Both the position numbers and the translations under genes were made by a program. The notes under the pieces are model-generated. The model did not search any database. It had not been told where the DNA came from and saw nothing but the letters and a program-made list of their open reading frames with translations. A DNA stretch of 64,000 nt from positions 1,302,001-1,366,000 of the forward strand of contig NC_089430.1 of NCBI RefSeq assembly GCF_026210795.1, read 5' to 3'. Source of the DNA: Rhizophagus irregularis. Taxonomy: Eukaryota. Positions within the stretch are counted from its first letter, which is position 1; the number at the start of each line of letters is the position of its first letter. Below, piece after piece: positions 28,408 through 42,849 of the stretch.

Positions 28408-30763
28408 TTAGTTTAATTGTTCCGGATCCCATTCCTCTTCGCCATCACTATCATATCTTCGAGTAATAGTTGGAAGTATAGAATTATCAATAAAGACCCA
28501 TGGTCCTAGATCTACCGTGCTTTCAATATCTAATGTTTCATCATTCATATTTGTTTCATCAGATTGATGTTCATTAAAACTATCATCATCATTCTCACTC
28601 ATAATTTCTTCTTCTTCTTCAAATACTGTATTCAGCATGAGTTGAATATCATCATCTAACTTTGAACTGCTATCACCGTTACTTGTATAATTTAAGTCTT
28701 TTTTAGCATGTTTGAGAGAATAAAGATATATTTTCGCCATTGTCTCTATAGTTTCTGGTTGCAAATTTATACGTCTCTTACCAAAGAGCCATCCCATGGC
28801 TGAAAATAATCTTTCACAACTTGCCGAGTGTGGGGTTATTGAAAATATTACTTTAGCTAGCCACGAAAGAGAAGAAAATTTCCCATCAACTATGGAATTC
28901 CACCAATGGTAAGCTGTGTCATGAACTGAATAAGACGTGTTATATGGTTCAGAATTATCAAAGTATGCACGAAGTTGTGCATCAAGTTCTAATCCAGAAT
29001 TTTTTTTATGCCCAAGGTTTTTCCAGATTCGAAGGGCACACTTTCTAAGACGCTCAAATTGATTATCACGCATTCCATGTCCTAACAAATTTGCAAATTT
29101 ATATTATTAAATGAATTTAAATAACAATAAAAAAATAATTACCTTGGTATTTAGGATGAAGGAAGAAACCTAACAAATAGATATCCTCGTCAAACTCTTT
29201 ATATCTATTAAAAAAATATTTAAAATTAAACATTAATTTTGAATCTTCTATTAAAGATACTAACCTAATACATTACCGCTTATTAAAAATGCTAATACAA
29301 GAGTTTCTTAACTCTTTATAATCATCAGTTGGCATTGACTTAAAAAATGCTGCGATACGAAGAAGATGCAGATAACAATCTGCTAAAGTTACATTACTTC
29401 CTTCTAACATGAGAATTGCTTTTTTTATCAGCTCCAAAATATCCGATAAAATATGAATGTCATCAAAAAACCCTCTTTTTTTCAAAATTGCTTTTACAGC
29501 TTCATTAGAGATTTCGCGTTCATGATTGTCCAGGACCTAATTGAATAAACATTTTTGTATTAGGTTTAATTATTATTAATTTAAATATAAAGTATATGTA
29601 CATGTAATAAAGCATCTTTTAATCTGTACACCGAAGATGTACATTCATGGACTGTCGTCCATCTTGTTTTGATGTACGTTTTCAGCCCTCTACCTGCAAT
29701 ATTTTTTGCATCAATCGCTTCTTTAAGCCAAGTGCTGGCAAGGGTTGAATTTTTGAAGTATCTTGTTAAAATATTTGCTCGTTTTACAAGACATTTAACT
29801 TGATCTACTTTGACAATATCACTACTTATCAGATTGATGCAATGGGCGATGCATCGTATATTGATAATGGATGGATATTCATTCGTGATTATTCAACGGG
29901 CACCTGCGACATTGGCAGCATTGTCACTGACAATAGCGACAATTTTGCTTATACCCACTTTACAAATTATATCATTTATAACTTTTGATAAATATTCAGC
30001 GGTATGTGAATTTTTAGAAAGGTCTTCAAGTTGTAATAGATATTCCTTTCTCGATGGTGTCAGCAAAATAAACGCCCATAAGCTATTCCCTCGAGGGTCT
30101 GTCCAACCATCAAGAGCTAATAAAAAATATATGGATAGTTATTTTTTTAATAAAATATTTTGAAGCAATTATAGAAATTATAGATTTACCGATAGTAAAA
30201 TTAGACTCTTTTTCTAATTCATTGTTGACTCGTGCATTGATTCTGGATAATTCCGCCTCCAATAAAGTACCGTTTAGTACTCGTCGCGAAGGTGGATCGT
30301 ATCCTGGCTCCAGCGCCTTTATCATATCGATAAACCAAGGATTATCGATTGTGCTAAAGGGTATGTTGCACATCACGTAGGCTTTCGTTATCACCCGGTC
30401 TAATTCATCACTCCGTCCTTTTTCTATTTTACCTCCTCCGTAAAAATTCTTAATTCCCATTTGTCGAACCCTTTTGTTAGGATAATCTGATTCATCTTCA
30501 TCTGCGCTTTCTTCCTCTTCTTTACCAAGATTTTTCCCGACAATTTTGGCAAAATACAATGAAACATCATCGGGGCATTTTTTACAGTGGTTTGCCAAAT
30601 GTGCACTGAGGACTTGGGGCCTTCCTTGTCTCCAGTATTGTCGACAGTAACTACACGTCGCTGAATAGTGTCCTCTCGACTGCATGTTACCTTGTATCAT
30701 ATGATTACACCATACATCTGATGGTGGTCGACCTTTGCTTACTTTAGAAGGACCGCTTGACAT
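28408..30763 (-). pseudogene. hAT transposase (zf-BED, DDE, C-terminal dimerization region), ~5 exons, with a premature TGA
   Basis: BED finger CSYC...HLANHC; after intron 30189-30117: ALDGWTD, VSDNAAN, RCIAHCINL, KTRW; C-terminal HSASCERLFS. In-frame TGA at 29895-29893 in exon 2. Confidence 0.9.
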
Positions 30764-30919
30764 GACGTTATAAAGAGCAAAACTTGAAATTAAAAGAGTT
30801 TGTCATCAATATCGTTTTAAAGTTTGATTTAGTAGTACAAGATGTTGATTGATTAAGATCACGCCTAATTGTAAATTGTGAAGTTTAAATTTCAATAATG
30901 TGAAAATTTGTAAATTTAA

Positions 30920-31230
30920 CTGGACAAAGAGAAAAATTGAACAAAATTGTCCAGAAACAATACGAGGAATAAGGTGACCAGAAATGATACAAGAAAAAAA
31001 AGTGGACAAAATTGTCCAGAAGCGATGGATGTCCAAAAATGATAGAAAAAAAGTGGACAAAATTGTCCAGAAGCGATGGATGTCCAAAAATGATAGAAAA
31101 AAAAGTGGACAAAATTGTCCAGAAGCGATGGATGTCCAAAAATGATAGAAAAAAAAGTGGACAAAATTGTCCAGAAGCGATGGATGTCCAAAAATGATAG
31201 AAAAAAAGTGGACAAAATTGTCCAGAAATA
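30920..31230. repeat. Inverted counterpart array (~51-bp units, GTGGACAAAATTGTCCAGAAGCGATGGATGTCC) upstream of the transposase
   Basis: Directly visible repeats, reverse complement of the 25800-26050 core motif. Confidence 0.9.
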
Positions 31231-32722
31231 TTACGAGTAAAAAGTGTATAAAATTGAATCAAAGAAGTCTTGGTATAGCATGATATCATCATCAGATGAA
31301 ATTGATTGTGATGAATAAATAGTATGTTTAATTCAGTATAATAACTTTGACAAAAAAAAATTATAAAAATAACACTTCTAATTTCAACAATTTTTAATAT
31401 GTCGGGATGACGAATTCTTTATTTTGAATTGATGGTTTTTTACTTGATATTATTTTATTTAACATTGCGGATTTGCGATACAGTATTGATTTACGGATTC
31501 ATTGCGGATTTGCGATACAGTATTGATTTGCGGATTCATTACAGACTTGCGGATTCATTGCGGATTTGCAATACAGTATTGATTTGCGGATTCATTATGG
31601 ACTTGCGGATTCATTGTGGATTTGTGATACAGTATTGATTTGCGGATTCATTGCGGACTTGCGGATTCATTGCGGATATGCGGATTCATTGCGGATATGC
31701 GGACTCATATGCGCAATTCAATTCTTAAATCCGCAATACTGCAGATTTGGAAAAGCAATTTCAGCGCCATCCTTAACTATGTCATTTCCAAATTTGATCA
31801 AGATATGTTGTTTTTTGTTGATTTTAAAATCATTGGTTAAAATTTTGGTCTTATCTTTATTAATTTTGATATTTGCTAAAGCATAGAAATCATCAGCTAT
31901 AGCCAGATTATTTTGTAAGTCCTTAAGGTTGGTAGCGAACCATGTTGTATCGTCTAGGTAGCCGAGTAATTTGATTTCAATTAATTTTTCATGTAAATCA
32001 TTTTTTCTGAATATATTTCGTGGCATCGAGGCGTAAAGTTTGTATCCTGAGAATGTGGAGTCATTGATTGCTTTGAACATGGGATCATAATAGATAACCC
32101 ATAAAAGAGGTGAAATGACTTCGCCTTGAATGATACCATTTGTCGTGGTATATTCAGATCCATAACCGAAAGGAAGTATGATTTTATTTCTATAATTTGA
32201 AAATAATTTGTTAATAAATGAGATTAATATTTCTGGGATATTAATCCTTCTTAATGCTAATTTCAATAAGTCGAGGTCTACTCTATCGTATGCTTTACTT
32301 AAGTCTTGAATAGCTAAGAAAAACGGGTTTTTGGTATCATGCTGATGATCAATGATTGCTTGTATTTGTAGAATAATTTTGTTGCAAGATGCTCCTTGTA
32401 CTCCTGCTTGGTTGTTGTGTTGGAGTATTTGGTTGTTTGATAGGTAATGGTTTAAACGACCGTTGATAATTTTTATTAATAATTTTCTAATGCAATCTAA
32501 TAAGATTATAGGTCGCGTTAAATTTATATCGTAGTTCCACCATTGTGGTTTCGGGATTGGGTAGAGGTAGGCGAGTTCAAATTGTGACGGAATTATGCCA
32601 TTTTCAAGACAGTTGTTGAATAGGGATAATAATTCTTCTAGTATCTGTAGCGGAAGTTTTTTGATAATTTCATTGGAGATGTTGTTAGGGCCTGTTGCTT
32701 TCAAGTAAGAGGTCGTCTGTTT

Positions 32723-35700
32723 ACCTTATCTTAGAAAATCAATTAAAAAAATATGTTTTTTAAAAAAATAGTATCGACATATAAAAGTCTATTCAAGCTA
32801 AGGCACTGCTCTTATATGGACTTTTAGAATCTTTGTACCGAATGAGACATCGCGCACAAACTGAGAGTAGGTATTCTAAAATTCATATATACAGACAGTC
32901 AGACACAGACGTTGTTACTGTACACTTCATTAAATTGACAGAGTAAGGTAAACCAGGAAGTTTACAATAATGCAAATTTTTTATAAATAACTACGAGTAG
33001 TTTTAAATTTTGGAAGTCATTGATAAATAATAAAGAAGGCGTTGATAAAGAAAAATTAATTTGTTTCCCAAGTTTGAGAAGTTGTGGAAATGTAGATTAA
33101 ACAAGTTTTATTTAAGTTTGATATGCGGCGTTGAAATCTGCATTTTGAACTTGCCTTAATTGGTGATGAGCTTGAAATAACCAGTTTTTTTGAGGCTGCA
33201 AATCTTAACGGTTAAATTAATTTAGCGAGAGAGTAATTAAACGTAAATTTTTTTTAGAGACAAAGATTCAAAAATTTTTTTTTTTTTACAATAGTTCCTT
33301 ATTCTTTTACAAAGTAATTTACAAAATAAAATTTTTGACTGTTCTCTTTAATCAAAATTCTGATTATTAAAATCATGAAAGCATTTAGATTAATAGATAT
33401 TGATTTTTAAGAAATTTAATGAAAACTAAAAAAGAAATAATTAACCATTGGTGGGTATTGAAACGAAGGACAAGACATATATAAGTATATCGTGCAATTT
33501 CTTAATTTGGCTTGTCTAATGATCATTGTTGAAAAGGGGATAGTCAATTAGTCATGTTTCATATGATTGGGTACCTTATTGGTTATATTGACATCATTGA
33601 AGTTATTGAATACAATCCCCTTTACAATATTATTCATATATCTAGATGACTGCTACGATTAAGCCAAAAATGTGATAATTTAACCAAGAAAAAAAAATAT
33701 TATCTTTGATTTATACAGGTAATAAATATCGATTCTCTTCTTTTGTCTTTATTGGAATTAATAGCAAGAAATCTAAAAAAGCACTTTTGTTTTATTTGTT
33801 TACAAGTTTTTTCTTTTTTTTTTTTTGTTTATTCCGTTGCCGTTTCTTTAATATGTCATGATTTCTATATATAGAATTTGAAACGTAGTAAATGTAATGA
33901 TTTCTCCAAATCTCGTGCTTCCTGTTTCGCGGGCCAAAAATTATCTTATTAAATGCTCTTTTTAGCTTGCTTTATACATATTAGATTCAATTGTTGTAAA
34001 GTAATGTTGAGAAGACCATCAGATAGTTGTGCAGACGCAGACTCTATAGATGTGGACTCTAAGCTTTTCTATTATCTCATAATTCCAAAGTATAGCACTT
34101 CACGGGTTAAGTATTGATGAACTTAGAAATTTCGTCAATTGATCCTACATGTTGTTTTGTGAAATTAAATTAAATTCTTCATTTTTCCAAATATTTTCCT
34201 GATTATTTCTTTACTGTTTTGCATATTTCTAAAAATAAAAAGTCATAAGTTAGTAAATCGTGACGTACAATAGTATAAATAAAGCAGTAAAACTGTCAAA
34301 CGTATACAACACCTACAATCTCTAATGCATTGTAATACATCTCATTTTAAATAAAACTAAAACCAAACAAGGTTAGATATAAAAATCATAATAGGAAACA
34401 AAGAACCAAACTCACTATAAAAAAGGAAGGAAAAAAAACGATACAAAGTATCAATCTCGATAGAATGATGTGAAACCCAAATATGCAACTTTCTTCACTG
34501 TTATAAAAATAGTTTACTCAAAAAGTTTGCGTAACATTTTTATTTACAAAAAAGTATTTAATATTATACTTTTAATATTATTATAAAATAAGTTTCATTA
34601 ATATCCTTTTCCAATTTCCAGCATACATATCTAGAAAAGTCTCATAACGAGAGACGGTTTACCTAAATAAGAAGACCGGTCTAGAACTTTTCTAATATGA
34701 TGCAGGTTATTACGTAATTATGAAACTTTGATCAGCTCACAACTGGTTATGTTACACACCATCACCGTACATCGTGCGACAACTCTAGTTTTTTTTGTAT
34801 TCATGTAAATTAAAGGTCTCTATAATTTTTCGAATTTTGGATTGATTTTATTCATCTCTAAATTAACTTCGCAAGAAGTTACCATACATTTACTCTTAAT
34901 TTTGGTGAAGGGATGTTAAAATAAGTTCAGTTTTGGTTCAGTCCTAGAACATTCATAGGACGTTTTCATTTATTTTTTTCTAATGACGAATTCTACGATT
35001 TATTGGGCGAGTTTGTGTATCATATTCGTTCTATTTTCACGTTTATTTTATTTATTTTAAGGATGACATTGACTTTGTTTTCGTTATTCCTTTTTTTAGG
35101 AACGAGTTATCATATAGATTCTTTGAATTATGTTCGTTCAACTTCTGCCTCCTTTTTTAAGTATGACATTTACATCATTCCGTTCATTCTCTTTTTAGAA
35201 AGCTTCTTGGAATGGTTTGAAGTAATATATTTGGTCAACTTTATTTTGAAGTAATTTTTGTTTCATTGTTAAATTTAATTAACATACAATAACTTTTCTT
35301 TCTTTTTTTCTTGATTTAGGATGGATTCTAGAAACGAGAGATGAAGAATTATTCCCTTTTTAGATATTTTATGTGATTTCGTCTTTCTGGGCAGGATATT
35401 TGATTTACACAATATATAGTCAGAACTTGGTATAATCAGTCCAGTTTAGTTCTTACTGTAATACTTACACTTTTTTAAAACGATTTAATACGATTTGAAA
35501 ATTGAATAATCTACTTAAAACCCGATAAATCAAATTCAATATACTGAAGTAGCATGAAACTTATAAATCATATCAAATAAAAAAATATATAAATTTTGAT
35601 AAAAAAATTAAAGTAACACCCAATAATAATAAAAAAAAAAACTTTTTAAAATTTAATTGTGCGCATTTAAAAGTCGGAAATTATCTTGTACATTGCATCA

Positions 35701-37560
35701 ACATCCCAATATGGGATTTTCGATGTTCCCAGAAAATTGATACTTTCGATTTGAAATATAGATATCAAAAATTTTAACATATTTTCAGTGCGTAATTTGT
35801 CGAATTTAATTTTTTTAACCTTTAAAATAATTAGAGATTAAATTAGGCATTTTTTATTGTGCTGCAATAGCCGCGGCTTTAACATATCAAATTGATTATC
35901 AAGAGTCCGTGACAAAATGATTTGTCGTGATTTATATTTTATATCACTCTGCAAATTATTAATAATCTCATAAAGGTTTGGACATCTCCATGAATACCAT
36001 TTTTTATTAAAAACCCTTATTGTAATTTATCGTCAGTTTTTCGAAGACTACAGTATGTTGTACCAATCTTTGTCTGCTATAGTTAGATCAAGATTTTTAT
36101 CAGCGAAGTTATTTTCACTCATAAATCATAAACACGTTTTAACGCAAGATTCACGTTAACTGTTTATTTATATATGAAGCCGGTAAAATAAATTTGGAAT
36201 AATGCATGCATGACTCTTCCATAGTTTGAGGTTTATCTATTTTATATACCGTATTTTATTGAAATATAAAGCACGAAATAAATTCCCCCCAAAAAAAAAC
36301 AGTTTTTGAGCGAGGTTACACTTTTTACAAATCTTGATGGTTAGTGAATAATTATTAAACGTAAATTTTATTGAAACAAGAATACAATAGTTCCTTACTG
36401 TAAATTCGTAACTGATTTTCTATTTATACTTTAGTCATAATTAAAATCTATGAAAACATTTAAATTAATAGATATGATTTTCAAAATATCTAATAAAAAC
36501 AAAAAAAAATTAACCACTAGCAGCTAGTGGGTGTTGAAGGTTAAATAGACATACATATATACATATTTGTACTTGTATTAAAAAACAAATATTCAATTTC
36601 TTCTTAATTTGGTTGTTCTATGAACATTGCTAAAATTGGGGACCGTATACAATCCTAGGTGCCGTAAGATGTCCGTAATGCGTCAATAACGGTTTTTGAT
36701 GAACAATATCATCTTATTGGTACCTTGTCAGTTATTTGAATACGAAGTGCTATATTCTTTTACACAAAAAACAATTTTTTTTACAAAATTATTTACATAC
36801 TACTCGATATCAACGACTGTAGTGGTTAAGACCACAAAATGAGATAATTTATATTACGAAAAAAAAATATTATCTTCGATTTATATACTGTAGGTAATTA
36901 AAAAATTCTTGAAATTAATAATTATTTTAAATTCTTTAAATGATTAAAATTGTTTAATATTAGTCAAAAATCATTAAAATAGATTAGCGTATCTAAAATT
37001 GATAATAGGGAAATGACTTTTGTTTTATTCATTTCATATCTTTTCTTATTTATTCCGTTGCCATTTCTTTAATCTGTCATATTTCTATTTACACCTAGAA
37101 TTTGAAACATAGTGAAAGTAATGATTTCGCGCTTCCCATTTATTAAATACTTTTTAAGCTTGCATTATATTTAGATCCAGTCGTTGTAAAAGTAATGCTG
37201 GAAGCATGTGAAAACGATCTTGGTATATCAAGATATTTGTAGAAAACCTGGGATAATTTTGTTTTCATTATTTGTTTTGCGAAAATTAAATAATAATAAA
37301 AGGGAGTAGGAGTATCAGATAGTTGTGAAGTCTCTATAAATGTGAACTCTGAGATTCTCCATTATCTCCTAAATTCAAAGGATGACAACTAGTGATATCT
37401 TCATTATCAACAAATGGTTTAAGTATTGATGAACTCAGAAATTTCTACGTGTTTTTTTTTGCGAAATTAAATTCTTTATTCCAAATGTTTTCACGATTAT
37501 TTTCTTTACTGTTTTTGCATATTAGATAAGAAGTCACAAGTTTGTAAAAGTTGCATACAA
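32723..37560. repeat. Further gene-less/partial copies of the tandem unit, in + orientation
   Basis: 32723 onward matches the downstream flank at ~4545/16165 (ATATAAAAGTCTxTTCAAGCTAAG); ~34900-35970 matches ~6240-6720 and 1-1330; ~36265-37560 repeats part of the flank again. No family coding exons were seen. Confidence 0.8.
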
Positions 37561-39309
37561 TATTGTATATAAAGCAGTAGAACTGGAAAGAAAAAAATGA
37601 AAATATGATATGTAGGAGTCACATGGTGACCCAGGTCGCCGATCTCATTTTCCCTGTTACATCGGTCGCAATTCAACAATTCAAATAAGATTTGACAAAT
37701 AAACTAAATATTGACATTTACGGGTGCAGAAATGGGTTAATCATGTAAAAATAAAGGCTATATATAAAATTGACCCTAGAATTCCGGCAAGGTACGGTCA
37801 AAAAATTTATCATCTCTTTCAGGGCCGGGATTATAATAATGCCAGCCAGTATCTAAAGAAGGAAATGATTTTCTGACTAGAATTATCAATTATTTTGGCC
37901 CGTTCTACGCACTTCAGCATGACTTTTCCGGGTCTCTAAGATTTACGGAAATATCATACAAAAATCAAATTATGGGTAATCCAAAACTAGTATTTTTTTT
38001 TCAAATAATGAATAATTAAAGAGTACAATAAAACAATAGTATATAATCTTTTTTTTTTTTATTAGATTTAGATTTGACGATTTTTTTTTGCAGATTTAGT
38101 GTATTTTTTAAAAATAAATAATTATTTAAATTCATTTTTATCAAAAGGTATAATTTTTGAGATCTTTTTTTCGTCAGAATTCAAACAATTTCGAACGATT
38201 ATAGAATTGATTATTTTTTTTATTAATTTTAACAATTTTTTTTTTTGCAAAATTAATATAATTTTGAAATTTAAACACTTTAATATTTGTATAGTTATTA
38301 TTAACAACAATTATTATTACTATTTTAAAATTAAGATGTCGTCATCTCATATGGAACACCCTTTTATAATTAAGTTAACTTGTTAAATTTATATAATTTT
38401 TTATAAATATAAGAATGTTATATAATATATTAAATATTAAATTTAAAATTTAAAATTTATTCAGATAAATAAATTAAAGAATAAATACTGAGAAATAAAG
38501 ATGAAAAAAATGCTAAATTAAAGTTTTTCTATAAATTATTAAAATTAATAACTACATAATAAATAATTAATGAGAAATTAACATTAATATTCCTTTTCGA
38601 AGAAATAAAGCTCAAAATTATACGATATATTCTAAATATAATATTTTATATTAAAGTTCGAATTCCAAATAAAGGTCTATCAACAATTTATTTAAATATT
38701 AAAATCCACATGTTATTAAAGATGTGATTTATTTATTTATTGATCCTTACAAAATGAAAATTTAAAGTCATAACTAAGATTCTGTAAATATTTGTTTTAA
38801 CAAACTAGGATACGGAAACCGTTATTAAATCTGAAGTGCTTCGTCACGTGACAGTATATATACCTTACTCCTTCGTTACACTTCGGACTAATAAATAATC
38901 AGAATAATTTGTTTTAATATATTATAAATTTTTTTTTTTTACTTTTTGTATTCACAAATTATTTTCGGATTTGGTAATACGATATTTCCACAAAATTAAT
39001 GATTTCTTTCTCAAATTTCCAAATTCTCTTTTGACTAGTAATAATCAAGTTTAACTTAAACTCACGTTACCTATTATGGAATTAAAATAAAAACCGCATA
39101 TGGCAAGCATCAAAATTAAATTTATTTGTCGATCCAGATTATTGTGTGTATTTTAAATCTTGAGATCATTGCAATATAAAATAATGTTTCAGTGAATTAT
39201 TTTTGTTTCACCCCTATTTTTTTTCATTCTTTTTTTCTTTTCTTTATTGTTATTATTATTTTGTAGTTTTTACATACGAATTAATAACTTAATCAATTAT
39301 TTATTAAAA

Positions 39310-40931
39310 ATGGATAAAATTAAACTAAGTGATGATGTATTTGAACGAATAAAAGATTTTGTCAATTGGAATTTGACTAAAGAACAAAATTCATTAATTG
39401 ATAAACTAATAACAGACGAAAAATTAAAAGAACTTTATAAAGAACATGGTTTATGTAAAGAATGTAAGCAGCCTAATACTAGTTATTATAGTTGTTGGCC
39501 ATGTATTTTACAACATTTTAAACAAAATTTCAAAAATTGGACAAGTGGAAATCATGATATTGATGAATTTATTAAAAAAGTACAATTAAAAGCTAAACAT
39601 GTAGATCAAATCGTAGAGTGGATTGAATATGATAAATTTGAAGATGTTGAATATTTAGCAAAAGGGGGATTTGGAACTACTTTTAAAGCAGTTTGGAAAG
39701 ATGGAGATATTCGTGGATATGATGATCAATGGAAAAGAAAAGGTGAAACAAAAGTTGCTTTAAAATGTTTATATAATTCACAAGAAATTACAGCAGATTT
39801 TTTAAAAGAAGTAAGATATTTTCTTATGAATCTTCATTAGTCTTTATAAATATTAAACTAACTATAATTTTATTTTAAGATTGAATCAAATATTTTAGTA
39901 TATTCTTCTGGTTGGACAGTTCGTTGTTTTGGTATTACCAAAGATCCAAAAACAAATAATTTTATGATGGTAATGGAATTAAAAGATGGTAATTTAAGAC
40001 AACATTTAAATAATAATTTCATTTCGCTGAGTTGGGACCAAAAATTGTGGAGTTTACAAAGTATTGCAAATGGTCTTAAAGATATTCATAATAAAGGATT
40101 AATCCATCATGATTTTCATTGTGGGAATATATTAAGTAATTTTGGTCAAAAAGCTTTTATTACCGATTTAGGATTATGTCAACCAGCAAATGCCAAATCC
40201 TCTCAAAATAGTAATAAAGAAATATATGGAGTATTACCTTATGTAGCACCAGAAGTTTTAAGAGGAAAAGAATATACACAAGCAAGTGACATTTATGGAT
40301 ATGGAATTATTGCATATGAAATTTGTACAGGTTTCCCTCCTTATTATGATATGGCTCATGATGAATTCTTAACAATGAAAATTTGCAATGGGCTGAGGCC
40401 AAAATCCAATTATAAAATTCCTCAATTAATTTTTGACATCATTAATCAATGTTGGGATGCTGACCCTTTAAAACGACCTAATGCGGGTGAATTGCAAGAA
40501 TTAACATATAAATTATATAATGATGTCTTTAAAGTGGATTCTGTAATTTATGGACAAGTTAAAGAAACAGATGATATTAATAAAAAGTTATTGTCTTCAA
40601 TAGTTCAATCACCATCATCATCTACCAGTAATCTCTTATATACAACACATCCTCAAGCAGTTTATACAAGTAGACTTTTGGATTTTAAAAATCTTCCAGA
40701 ATCCAAAAATGTGGACAATGATGATTTAGAATATTCAGGTAATTTTAATTAAAAATAATTATTTAAATCTATTTAGAGTAATAATAATTATTCTTTTATT
40801 TTACAGTTTCCTTAAAAATGGATTTTACTAAACTTGATATTAATTCTAAAGGTAATTTCTTTGTATGTGATTTTTTGATTTATTAAATTTTAATTAAGCT
40901 ATTTTTTTTTGTTATAGATGAAGGAAATTAA
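39310..40931 (+). CDS. Protein kinase (tyrosine-kinase-like type expanded in Glomeromycotina); exons 39310-39810, 39880-40738, 40807-40851, 40918-40931
   Basis: AKGGFG, VALK, HHDFHCGNIL, TDLG, LPYVAPE motifs; N-terminal CKEC..CWPC and NFKNWTSGN..ID.FI..WIEY; HPQAVYTSRLLDF tail; all introns GT-AG and in phase. Confidence 0.92.
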
Positions 40932-42849
40932 AACCCATTTACTTTAATTGAAAATATTTAGTATATAAAAAAAAAGCATATCAGATATAATTTTATCTTG
41001 AACTTGAGGATATTTTTTATTATTCAGTTATTTTGGAACATTTTGGTGGAAATATAGTAAACTGAAACTCAATTTATTTAATAAAAAAAAAAAAATTTTT
41101 AAAATTTACTACAATGTTAATCTCCAAATATGAATATAGATAACATATTATATTAAATTATCTAAAATATTAATAAGTATTATGGTGAATAACTAAGTTT
41201 AACGTAAAAATTACTTTTCTGTGACATCTTTATTACGTTAGAAAACACCCACAGACCCACTAGTGGCTTAATAAATTATTTTGTATGTACGTTATATAAG
41301 AATGATTCTAAATAAATTGTAGATTATTGCGAAATAAAAAATTATTCTTTGATACGTTCTTTATAATAGAAAGTATTGGCTTTTTATTTTAGAAGTTTGA
41401 ACCGATTAACATTAATAGATGATTAATATGGTTATCCAGTTTGGGCATCTCAAAAATCGGTTAATCGATTAAAATTAATGATGCAATCCAAAAATGATGA
41501 AATTTCGGTCACATATTCTCCAAACTCTAATTTTAACAAATGGATTTTTTTATTAATGTTTTAATAATAAAATTAATTAAATATGGCTTCATGCAACTAG
41601 TTATATGAATAAAAACAAATTGGTACAATCTACAGCCAAAAAATTTTTTTAATATTTTTTATAATCGATTATAGATTATAAAACGTACACAATCATATTG
41701 ACTTATATAACCTTTAATGCATTATACATTAATAAAACTAGAATCAAACAAGGTTTATACCCGACCAAAAACAAAAACAATGCAAAGTATCTGTCAATCT
41801 TGATAAGTCTTCTTTGATGATCGATTTCGATGTGAAACTTGAATATGCAACTTTCTTAATTGACTATACTGTATCTCTTCACTCTCTTGATAGAATTACG
41901 ATTACTCTTAACTTTCGAAAAATTCACGAACCAATTTTCTTACAATGTTAATATTTCAAAGTAATAAAATTTTGTAAAAAGTGATCATATTATATAATAT
42001 TATGTTTTAATATTTTAAATAAATTTTGTTAATATACTTTTCCAGTTTCTAGCATACTTATTTTAATATTTTATACAAAGGAATAAAACATAATAAACCG
42101 CGTAAATATTAATGGATTAAGTAATATACCAAAAAATGGCAAAAATTATGTGTTATCTAAGTTTTTTTTATTAAAATATAAAATAAATAAAATGCATAAT
42201 CGCTTGAGAACTTGGATTTTTTTTTTCATCAGAAATCAAGGCAACTTGTTTTTAAATTAAATTCAATTTTGTCATATTATCTAAATTTCAATATTTTTTT
42301 TTAAAATTCAAAATTTAATCATTTATTATATTCAAATTCTGTTAAACTATGTCTTAAAGAGTAAATTATATTAGGATAGTACTGATTTGGAAGTTAATAT
42401 TATGACCTTAATAATAATGATTTTTTAAAAATAAAAATTAATAAAATAAATAAGAACGAGAAATTTTCTTTAAAGCAATATGTATCCGCCTCAATTCATG
42501 ACATCGATGATATTGATTTCATGTAATACATGCAGTTATCACATGATATTATAAAATATAAACTATTTTTATTGGATAATTATCTTAAAGGTAACATTAT
42601 TTGGCAACTGTCCCTATCACGTCAGTGACTTAATAAAAATTTTAATTGGCTGATTTTTCAATTTTGATCAGTTAATTTTTTTATTTCACAAAGAATATTT
42701 TATTTGCGGTAAAATTTTATTTGTTAAATACAATATTAAAACTATAAAATTATACACTTGTGGATTTAAAAATTATTTTATTGGTTATGTTTCATTGATT
42801 AGAGAAATAAAAATTAACGAATTTATTTTGAGAAACTTAACAATAATGG

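Larger units (their letters stand above)
25190..31775 (-). mobile_element. hAT DNA transposon, 6586 bp, nested in the LINE
   Basis: TIRs TAAGGATGGTGCCGTAATTG / TAAGGATGGCGCTGAAATTG (17/20 match); exact 8-bp TSD ACTATGTC (25182-25189, 31776-31783); subterminal TTGCGGAT arrays at both ends; transposase inside. Confidence 0.96.
21918..32722 (-). mobile_element. 5'-truncated non-LTR retrotransposon (LINE: RT + RNase H + CCHC), degenerate, interrupted by a hAT element
   Basis: RT motifs KATGPNNISNE, RPIILL, QDLSKAYDRV, GIIQGEVISPLLW, GYLDD (31718-32704); RNase H FYTDGS, KAELVAI, IYTDS, KVKAHSG, NDAADLLAK (~23690-23280); CFLC..ETNNHLWNC; (TAAAA)n-like tail at 21918-21940. Stops at ~23720 and ~23388, frameshift ~22700. 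No endonuclease part. Removing the hAT restores KFGNDIV|NINIIPP. Confidence 0.93.
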
